A stretch of DNA of 64,000 bases, from contig JAPSGB010000014.1 in assembly GCA_035063585.1 (NCBI GenBank), forward strand, positions 1 through 64,000, in the 5' to 3' direction. A program made the position numbers and the translations under genes. Source of the DNA: Polyangiaceae bacterium. GTDB taxonomy: Bacteria; Myxococcota_A; Polyangia; Polyangiales; Polyangiaceae. Position 1 is the first letter of the stretch. Each line of letters begins with the position of its first letter. The notes beneath the pieces are model-generated. The model was not told the DNA's origin, did not search any database, and was given only the letters and a program-made list of their open reading frames with translations. This document shows, one piece after another, positions 56,993 to 64,000 of this stretch.

Positions 56993-59112
56993 CGGACCTC
57001 GAACGACTCGCGAGCGCGCTCGACTCGAGTGACCCCGAGGAGCGGCGTCGCGCGGTGGCGGGGCTGGCGAGCGAGAGCCGCCGCGAGGCGCTGCCCCTGT
57101 TGCTCAAGGCCCTGGGAGACACCGACTGGCGGGTGAGAAAGGAGGCGACTAACGCTGCGGTGTCGCGGGCGCCTTCGCCAGAGGTCCTCTCCGTGCTCGT
57201 GGGCGCGCTCGGCCCGGGAGACAACGTCGGGCTCCGAAACGCGACGGTCGAGGCGCTCGGCAGCTACGGGGCCGCCGCGGTGAGCGCGCTCGAGCGGGCC
57301 CTCTGCACGCTCGACGCCGATGGCCGCAAGCTCGCCGTCGAGGCGCTGGCGAAAACCGGACAGGCATCTGCCATCGCCGCGCTCAGCGACCTGATGGAAG
57401 ACGCCGACCCCAACGTCCGCGCGACAGCGGTCGAGTCGATCGCCGAGGTTGGCGTGGCTTGGCCCGACGACGCGATCCCGTTGCTCGAGCGGTGCCTCCG
57501 CGGTGACGACCGCTACCGCGCGATGGTCGCGCTCGACGGGTTGAACCGGCTCGGAGCGGTCCTGCCCTGGGAGCAACTCGAGGCGATGCTCGACGATCCG
57601 GTGCTTCGACGGCCTGCCGTACGAGCCGCCGGGCACAGCGGCGATCCGCGGGCGACCGTGAGCCTGATCGCGCGACTGGAGACGACGAGAGGCTCGGCTC
57701 GACAAGGCCTGCTCGAGTCGCTGGTCGGTTCCGTGCGTCGCGGTCCGTCCACCTCCGGTGCGGCCCGCCTGGCGCTCGGCAAGCTGTCGGTTGCTGCGCG
57801 CACGGAGTTGCTGACGGATGCGCGTGAGGCGGCAGGTGATGCGCTCGCGCTGCGTCGCGCTGCGCTGGTCTTGCTCGGGCTCCTCGACGACGACCAGGCG
57901 ATCGAGGTCGTGCTGGACGCCTTGACCGACGACCGCGTCGCGGCCGAGTCGGACGAGGCCTGTTCGACCCTCGGCGCGCTCGCGGTGCCGCGAATGCTCG
58001 AACGCGCGCGATCGTCCGGCGGGGACGAGCGAGCGATGTGGCTCGATGCGATCCGGAGGTCGGTCGGCTCATCGCCTGCGGCCGCCGCGGTCGCAGAGAT
58101 CCGCTCGATGTTGTCCGATGACTCGCCCGAGGTCGTGCGCGCAGCGCTCGCGGCGCTTGCCGTCATCGGTGATGACGAGTGCCTCCACGCCGCCGCGCGC
58201 GTCCTCGACGCGGCCGAGTCGCCGCTGGTCCGCCAAGCGGCCGCGCTCGCGGTGGCGCACCTTGCGCAGCGTCATCCCGAGAGCGCTCGCGAGCTCGCTC
58301 GGGGCGCGTCCGGGCGCGGTGATGGCGCGCATGCCGCGGTCATCGTCATCGGCGCGCTCGGAGCCAGCGTCCGAGGCGGGGTCGAGGGCACCGCACGATT
58401 TCTCGCGGAGGCCTTGGCGAGCGCGAGCACGGCCGTGCGCTGCGCGGCCCTCGAAGCGCTCGCCACCGCTGGCGGCGGCTCGGGTATCGAGAGCGTGATC
58501 TTCGCGCTGTCCGACGAGGAAGCAGAGGTCCGGCTGGCGGCGGTCCGCGCGCTGGGTCGCGTGCGTAGCGACTCGGGCGCCGCCGTCGGCGTGGACGCCC
58601 TGCTCCGGGTCGTCGCGGCCTCGAGCGACTCGGCCTTGGTGGCGAGGGCCATCGCGGCGCTCGGAGCCTCCGGGGACCCCCGAGGGTTCGACGTGCTCCG
58701 ACCCGTAGCGCGCTCAGGTGATCCGCTCCTGGCGGTCTCGGCGGTGGAAGCCCTCGCCGCGCTCGTCGGTCCGCAACGGGTAGACGCGTTGGTCGATGCG
58801 CTCCAACACCCCGATGGAGAGGTGGTTAAGGCTGCGCTGCGCGCGTTGGCCGTCGTGTCGGAACCGCGGGTGGTCGCGCACCTCGGCGTGTGTCTCGATC
58901 ACCCCGCCTGGGACGTTCGCCGGCTCGCGGCCGATCTGTTGGGGCGCATCGGCGGCCCAGTCGCCGGCGGGCTGCTCCGCGCCAAGCTCGGGACCGAGCA
59001 CGAACCCTCCGTTCGAGACGCGATTCATGGCGCGATCGCCGAGATCGACGCTGGCACGAGCCGCCGTCCGCCGTCCACTCCGCCCTCGGACGGGAGCGTC
59101 CGCCCGAAATGA
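56989..59112 (+). CDS. HEAT/PBS-lyase repeat protein
   Basis: Many L.D....VR..A..AL repeats; coupled to cheW and cheR. Confidence 0.85.
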   Translation: MTDLERLASALDSSDPEERRRAVAGLASESRREALPLLLKALGDTDWRVRKEATNAAVSRAPSPEVLSVLVGALGPGDNVGLRNATVEALGSYGAAAVSALERALCTLDADGRKLAVEALAKTGQASAIAALSDLMEDADPNVRATAVESIAEVGVAWPDDAIPLLERCLRGDDRYRAMVALDGLNRLGAVLPWEQLEAMLDDPVLRRPAVRAAGHSGDPRATVSLIARLETTRGSARQGLLESLVGSVRRGPSTSGAARLALGKLSVAARTELLTDAREAAGDALALRRAALVLLGLLDDDQAIEVVLDALTDDRVAAESDEACSTLGALAVPRMLERARSSGGDERAMWLDAIRRSVGSSPAAAAVAEIRSMLSDDSPEVVRAALAALAVIGDDECLHAAARVLDAAESPLVRQAAALAVAHLAQRHPESARELARGASGRGDGAHAAVIVIGALGASVRGGVEGTARFLAEALASASTAVRCAALEALATAGGGSGIESVIFALSDEEAEVRLAAVRALGRVRSDSGAAVGVDALLRVVAASSDSALVARAIAALGASGDPRGFDVLRPVARSGDPLLAVSAVEALAALVGPQRVDALVDALQHPDGEVVKAALRALAVVSEPRVVAHLGVCLDHPAWDVRRLAADLLGRIGGPVAGGLLRAKLGTEHEPSVRDAIHGAIAEIDAGTSRRPPSTPPSDGSVRPK

Positions 59113-59990
59113 GTCTTCGCCTCGAGCCTCGACCCCGTCTCACTCGGGACGCCTTCCGACTGCTCCGCGATCTCGTGAACGACTACGCCGGGCTGACTTA
59201 TGACGACGCCGCCATGTACGCCTTCGACCGGCGACTGGGCGAGCGCGTCCTGGCGCTCGAGCTCGGGAGCTTTGACGAGTATTACAAGTATCTCCGCTTT
59301 CACGTCCGCGGCGCGGCTGAGCTCGATGAAGCCGTCGAGCTCCTGACTACCAAAGAGACTTACTTCTTCAGGCAGGAATATCAGCTGCGAGCCTTCGAGA
59401 AGGAGGTGCTGCCGAAGATCGCCGCGGCCAACGCTTCGCGCCGCAGGATCTCGGTCTGGAGTGCGGGATGCTCGACCGGCGAGGAAGCCTATACGCTCGC
59501 CATGATCCTCGACCGGAGCGGCCTGTTCGACGGTTGGGATGCGCGCGTCATGGGCAGCGACATATCCAAGCAGAACATCGCGCACGCTCGGCGCGGGGTC
59601 TACCGGTCAGCTTCCTTTCGTGTGATCGAGGACAACGTGCGCCGCGCCTACTTCACCCCGACCGCGGGGGGCGCCGAGGTCATCGCCGACCGCGTCAAGC
59701 AGATGTGCCATTTTGGCCAGATGAACCTGCTCGACGCGTCGCGCGCGGCGGTGGTGGGGAGGGTAGACGCCGTCTTCTGCAGGAACGTCCTCATCTACTT
59801 CGATTTACGCTCTCGGCGCCGGGTCATAGACAGCCTCTATGACCGGCTCGTCCCGGGGGGCTATCTGATGCTCGGGCACTCGGAGTCACTCCTCAACCTG
59901 AGCACCGCGTTCGAGCTCGTGCACCTGGAAGAGGATTTGGTCTATCGTAAGCCGCTCGCCGCGCAGCGGTGGGATGGGGTCGAGCGATGA
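59109..59990 (+). CDS. cheR: Chemotaxis methyltransferase
   Basis: ETYFFR, WSAGCSTGEE, FCRNVLIYF, LGHSE. Confidence 0.93.
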   Translation: MSLRLEPRPRLTRDAFRLLRDLVNDYAGLTYDDAAMYAFDRRLGERVLALELGSFDEYYKYLRFHVRGAAELDEAVELLTTKETYFFRQEYQLRAFEKEVLPKIAAANASRRRISVWSAGCSTGEEAYTLAMILDRSGLFDGWDARVMGSDISKQNIAHARRGVYRSASFRVIEDNVRRAYFTPTAGGAEVIADRVKQMCHFGQMNLLDASRAAVVGRVDAVFCRNVLIYFDLRSRRRVIDSLYDRLVPGGYLMLGHSESLLNLSTAFELVHLEEDLVYRKPLAAQRWDGVER

Positions 59991-61054
59991 CGCAAGAGCC
60001 GAAGATTCGACAGGTGCCGCTCAAGGTGCTCGTGGTCGATGACTCAGCTTACAATCGTCGTTCCATCAGCGAGATCCTGGCGGCCAGCCCCGACGTCACC
60101 GTGGTCGCGAAGGCCGCCGATGGCGAAGAAGCGCTGCGGCTGGTGTCGGTGTACCACCCGGACGTCATCACCCTCGATCTCGAGATGCCGCGCATGGATG
60201 GCTTCACGTTCCTGCGCATCCTCATGAGCAAGTACCCGACACCGGTGGTGGTGGTCTCGAGCTACAGCCAGAAGGAGAATGTCTTCAAGGCACTCGAGCT
60301 GGGTGCACTCGACTTCGTTGCCAAGCCGGACCGGTACGCGGACGTCGACCTCAGCGGCCTACGAGACGAGTTGGTGCAGAAGGTGCTCGTTGCACGGACG
60401 CTCAAGCGGCAAGCGCTCGCCGTGCGGCAGCGGCTCGACTCTTCGAGCGGCGCGCCGTCGGAGCGCCCGAAGCCGCCGCGCGTGACCGCGCCTCGCCGGC
60501 TCATCGCCATCGCGTCGTCGACCGGGGGACCATCGGCGCTCATGGAGGTGTTCTCTGGGCTGCCAGCCTCCCTACCTGATGCCGTCCTCATCGCGCAGCA
60601 CATGCCGGAGAAGTTCACGCGGACCTTCGCCGATCGTCTCGACCGTCGCTCGGCGTTGCGAGTGAGCGAAGGGCAAGATCAGGATGCCATCGGGGGCGGC
60701 ACCGCCTTCGTATGTCCCGGCAGGAAGTGCATGGAGGTCGAGCGTTCGGGGACGGGGTATCGACTCAGGGTTCACTCGCCGAGTGAAAAGGATCGCTACG
60801 TACCGAGCGCCGACCGTCTCTTCTCGAGCGTGGCGCGCGCGGCAGGCCAGCGCGCGGTGGGGGTCATCTTGACGGGTATGGGGGACGACGGCGTGAGCGG
60901 GGCTCGCGAGATCGTCGAGGCAGGCGGCGTCGTGGTCGCCGAGAGCGAGGTCACCGCCGTCGTGTACGGCATGCCCGGCGCTGCCGTGCGCGCTGGTGTG
61001 GTGAGTCGCACACTCACCCTCTCGGACGTCGCGGACTGGATCGTCGGAGCCTGA
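59987..61054 (+). CDS. cheB: Chemotaxis methylesterase with receiver domain
   Basis: VVDDS, LDLEMP, SSTGGP, QHMP, LTGMGDDG, YGMP. Confidence 0.93.
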   Translation: MTQEPKIRQVPLKVLVVDDSAYNRRSISEILAASPDVTVVAKAADGEEALRLVSVYHPDVITLDLEMPRMDGFTFLRILMSKYPTPVVVVSSYSQKENVFKALELGALDFVAKPDRYADVDLSGLRDELVQKVLVARTLKRQALAVRQRLDSSSGAPSERPKPPRVTAPRRLIAIASSTGGPSALMEVFSGLPASLPDAVLIAQHMPEKFTRTFADRLDRRSALRVSEGQDQDAIGGGTAFVCPGRKCMEVERSGTGYRLRVHSPSEKDRYVPSADRLFSSVARAAGQRAVGVILTGMGDDGVSGAREIVEAGGVVVAESEVTAVVYGMPGAAVRAGVVSRTLTLSDVADWIVGA

Positions 61055-61076
61055 GCATCCGGCGCCGGGTGGGGCC

Positions 61077-61104
61077 TTGACAAGATGGTTTGCGTGACCA
61101 TCTT
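61077..61104 (+). promoter_or_regulatory. Putative hsp20 promoter overlapped by an 8-7-8 inverted repeat
   Basis: TTGACA at 61077-61082; AAGATGGT-N7-ACCATCTT at 61082-61104. Confidence 0.55.
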
Positions 61105-61186
61105 CGGCCGAGCTACGGCCCTCGCGCGGCACACGGCGCGCGGGCCCGATGCAGCACGACATCGACGCGGCGGGTCCGTCGGGGCG

Positions 61187-61212
61187 CGTCGCTTCACCGG
61201 TCACGGAGGACG
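61187..61212 (+). promoter_or_regulatory. ROSE-like RNA thermometer hairpin sequestering the hsp20 RBS
   Basis: CGUC-G-CUUC pairs with GGAG-GACG; UCGCU motif with a bulged G opposite the SD. Confidence 0.55.
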
Positions 61213-61215
61213 ATC

Positions 61216-61644
61216 ATGTTTGGTTACTACGACGATTTCGACAGGACCTATCAGCTCCTGGACGCCTTTCGAAATGAGCTCGGGCGAGCGCTCGAGCCAT
61301 CACGCGCGGTCGCGGGCGGCACGTTCCCGGCCACCAACCTCTATGATGCGGGCGGCGCGTTGGTGCTCACCGCGGAGTTGCCGGGGGTCGTAGAGAAGGA
61401 GCTCGAGATCACCTTGACCCAAGACGTGCTCACGGTAGCGGGCGGGCGGAAGCTCGGGGTCCCGGAAGGGTACTCGGTGTATCGGCAAGAGCGCCCTCCG
61501 TTCCGCTTCTCGAGGAGCTACACGCTCCCCGTGAAGGTCGACCCCGAGAAGACCGTCGCGCGCTTCGAGAACGGGGTCCTCGAGGTCACGCTGGAGAAGG
61601 CGCCTGAGGTGAAGCCCAGGCAGATCGACGTACGGCCGTCTTGA
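61216..61644 (+). CDS. Hsp20/alpha-crystallin small heat shock protein
   Basis: AELPGV, FSRSYTLP, NGVLEVTL. RBS GGAGG. Confidence 0.9.
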   Translation: MFGYYDDFDRTYQLLDAFRNELGRALEPSRAVAGGTFPATNLYDAGGALVLTAELPGVVEKELEITLTQDVLTVAGGRKLGVPEGYSVYRQERPPFRFSRSYTLPVKVDPEKTVARFENGVLEVTLEKAPEVKPRQIDVRPS

Positions 61645-61662
61645 ATGGAGGAACACGGAGCC

Positions 61663-62043
61663 ATGGCGAATTTCGACAAGGTATCATCGAGGACCAGGGA
61701 GACGGTGAGTCAGCGCGGTGCCGTATCGCCCCGGGTGGACGTCTACGAGAATGAGCGCGAGCTCCTGGTCATCGCAGACGTGCCGGGCGCGCCGCGTGAT
61801 GGCCTCACCATCAGTGTCGACAAGGACGAGCTCACCATCGAGGCGCGCGCGCCCGAGGCTGCTCCTGGTCGTTCGGCGCTGCTCACCGAGTACCGCGCGA
61901 GCGACTACCGCCGCACGTTCGTGCTGCCAGGAGGCATCGATCGCGAGCACATCGACGCGGAGCTGAAAGCTGGGGTGCTGACGTTGAAGCTGCCCAAGCT
62001 CGAGGCCCTGCGACCGCGGCGAATCCAGATCCGAACCGCCTGA
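61663..62043 (+). CDS. Hsp20/alpha-crystallin small heat shock protein
   Basis: PRVDVYE, ADVPG, YRRTF, GVLTLKLPK. Confidence 0.9.
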   Translation: MANFDKVSSRTRETVSQRGAVSPRVDVYENERELLVIADVPGAPRDGLTISVDKDELTIEARAPEAAPGRSALLTEYRASDYRRTFVLPGGIDREHIDAELKAGVLTLKLPKLEALRPRRIQIRTA

Positions 62044-62236
62044 GCGTTCGATTCGAGCGCGAGCACGTCAGGAGGCGACCTCGAGAGCGGAGGCCGCCTC
62101 CTGGCGTTTTGCCGTCGGCGGCGCTGCTGCGTTGGAATGAGATCGGAAGGTCGCCGGTTCTTCACGAGAGACGGCCGAGAAGAGCCAAGCCCGCAGTTGG
62201 TCGGAGGCGGCCATACCCTCTCGGCTCGAGACGACC

Positions 62237-63766
62237 ATGCGTCTTCGTTGGATCTGGAGCCCTCTGGTGCTCGCCGGAGCGGCCGGAACATTCTTGGGTG
62301 TGTGGGGCACGGCGTGCACGAGATCTCTTGCCGGGCCTGGAGCCACCGTGGCGTCGGTCTCGAGCCAGGCCGCAGCGGCGGTATCGGCGGTGCTTCTGCC
62401 CGCCCCGGCCTTCGCCGAGACGGTCGACCAACGGGGCAAGCCCGTCACCATCGCTGACGTCGCGGGTCGCGCGCTGCCCTCCGTGGTCACCGTCGCGTCC
62501 ACCAAGGTCGAACGAGTGCGCCCGAGCTCGATGCCGTTCGGGAGCGATCCGTTGTTCCGGGGCTTCTTCGGCCCCGGGTCGCAGCCTCCGCGCGACCAGC
62601 GTGAGCATGGGCTCGGCTCGGGCGTCATCGTCGCGAGCGATGGAATCGTGCTCACCAACAACCATGTGGTGGACGGCGCTGACGAGATCAAGGTGTTCAC
62701 GCAGGACAAGCGGGAGTTCACGGCGAAGATTCTCGGGACCGACCCCAAGAGCGATCTCGCGGTTCTCAAGCTAGAGGGCGATACGAGCAGGCTCACGCCC
62801 ATTTCCATCGGAGACTCCTCGAGCCTCCGACTTGGTGACGTCGTCCTCGCGATCGGCAATCCGTTCGGAGTCGGTGAGACGGTCACCATGGGGATCGTGT
62901 CAGCGAAGGGGCGCGCAAACGTCGGGATTGCGGCTTATGAAGACTTCATCCAGACCGACGCGGCGATCAACCCTGGTAACTCGGGCGGAGCACTGGTCGA
63001 CATGAACGGGCGCCTGGTCGGCATCAACACCGCGATCTTGTCGCGTAGCGGGGGTAACCAGGGGATCGGCTTCGCGATCCCGTCCAACATGGCAAAGCCC
63101 ATCATGGACAGCCTCGTGAAGACCGGCCGCGTGGTACGCGGCTGGCTCGGGATCGGGATCCAGGACATCGACGCCGAGCTCGCGACCGCGCTCGGGCTTC
63201 CCTCCGCGAACGGCGTGCTGGTGAGTGAGGTGAGCGCAGGTGGCCCCGCCGAGAAGGCCGGGTTGAAGCGCGGAGACGTGGTCCTCGCCGTCGATGGTCA
63301 GAGTGTCAGTTCCACCGGCGAGCTACGCAATGTGGTCGCCGCAGCCGGCGCCCGCGTCAAGGTGACGATGGACCTCCTTCGCGATGGGAAGCGGCAGTCG
63401 GTCACGGTCGAGCTCGGTGAGATGCCCGCTGAGGGCGAAGGCACCGGTGGCTCGTCCGCGGGAGCTCCCTCGAATGGCTCGTCCAGCAGCCTCGACGGAC
63501 TCACCTTGCAGGGGCTCGATGCGCAAACGCGGCGTCGCTATCAGGTTCCCGCGAGCGTGACGCACGGAGTGGTCGTGACCGATATCGAGCCCGGGAGCCG
63601 TGCTGCGGACCAGGGGCTCCGCGTCGGCGACGTGGTGTTGGAGGTGAACCGCCACGCGGTGGACGGCATGCGGAGTTTTCAGGGCCGCTATCAGGCGAGC
63701 AAGGACAAGGTGCTCTTGCTCGTATCGCGCCAAGGCAACACCATGTACCTGGTCTTCTCGCGGTGA
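62237..63766 (+). CDS. DegP/DegQ (HtrA) serine endoprotease with two PDZ domains
   Basis: GSGVI, TNNHVV, DLAVL, QTDAAINPGNSGG, RGWLGI, two PDZ-like segments. Confidence 0.93.
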   Translation: MRLRWIWSPLVLAGAAGTFLGVWGTACTRSLAGPGATVASVSSQAAAAVSAVLLPAPAFAETVDQRGKPVTIADVAGRALPSVVTVASTKVERVRPSSMPFGSDPLFRGFFGPGSQPPRDQREHGLGSGVIVASDGIVLTNNHVVDGADEIKVFTQDKREFTAKILGTDPKSDLAVLKLEGDTSRLTPISIGDSSSLRLGDVVLAIGNPFGVGETVTMGIVSAKGRANVGIAAYEDFIQTDAAINPGNSGGALVDMNGRLVGINTAILSRSGGNQGIGFAIPSNMAKPIMDSLVKTGRVVRGWLGIGIQDIDAELATALGLPSANGVLVSEVSAGGPAEKAGLKRGDVVLAVDGQSVSSTGELRNVVAAAGARVKVTMDLLRDGKRQSVTVELGEMPAEGEGTGGSSAGAPSNGSSSSLDGLTLQGLDAQTRRRYQVPASVTHGVVVTDIEPGSRAADQGLRVGDVVLEVNRHAVDGMRSFQGRYQASKDKVLLLVSRQGNTMYLVFSR

Positions 63767-64000
63767 GCCGAGCCGGGACGACGCGGACCGCCAAGGCCCG
63801 TAGCCCGCCGCGAGCTCGAGCGCGAGGACCGCTCCCGTCACGACCGTTGCGCGAACCCGAGCGCTCGCGCCACGCATCTCGTTCGGGCCTCGATGATCAG
63901 CGCGGTGGAGGCCAGGTGACGCCCGGCACCGGGTTCGCTGGGCGCGCGAGGAGATAGCCTTGCCCGAGGGTTACCCCGCAGTCGCGGAGCGCAGTGAACT

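Noticed and set aside
430..63957. Many long overlapping or antisense ORFs (e.g. 1329..2660, 32435..33745, 40988..42694, 50945..52546)
   Set aside because: These are Arg/Ala/Pro-rich shadow frames expected from high-GC codon bias, and they overlap well-supported genes.
63767..64000. Possible ncRNA or gene at the right edge
   Set aside because: No recognisable tRNA, ncRNA or protein motif is present, and the context is truncated.

Overview
A very GC-rich, gene-dense window. It most likely comes from a myxobacterium (Myxococcota), judging by a MYXO-CTERM sorting signal, many Gly/Ala-linker lipoproteins and a HEAT-repeat chemosensory cluster. Left to right: (i) a DUF692 (MNIO) + DUF2063 pair tail-to-tail with a truncated Cys-rich, bufferin-like candidate substrate gene; (ii) a GMC oxidoreductase operon behind a FadR/GntR-like operator, then rnk, a DprE1-like oxidase flanked by two DprE2-like SDRs, and a type II trpS; (iii) a four-subunit class I benzoyl-CoA-reductase-like operon (bcrC/B-like plus two short ATPase subunits) without ring-cleavage genes; (iv) a heme-copper enzyme whose cross-linked Tyr is replaced by Asn, with CuA subunit, SCO and membrane ORF (sNOR-type NO reductase); (v) a secondary type II fatty-acid synthase cluster with its own ACP and PPTase; (vi) a MauG-like diheme lipoprotein coupled to a phosphoesterase, and a glycoside hydrolase; (vii) a clade II nos cluster in the order nosZDFLYB; (viii) hydrolases, lipoproteins, an IS4 remnant, MATE, GST and dusB; (ix) an MCP-less che cluster; (x) two Hsp20 genes with a ROSE-like thermometer, and a DegP/Q protease. 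The main leads are the co-located anoxic modules (BCR-like, sNOR, NosZ), two of which share FNR-like palindromes, and the MNIO system. No rRNA, tRNA or CRISPR array was recognised. All calls come from reading motifs by eye; no database searches were run.
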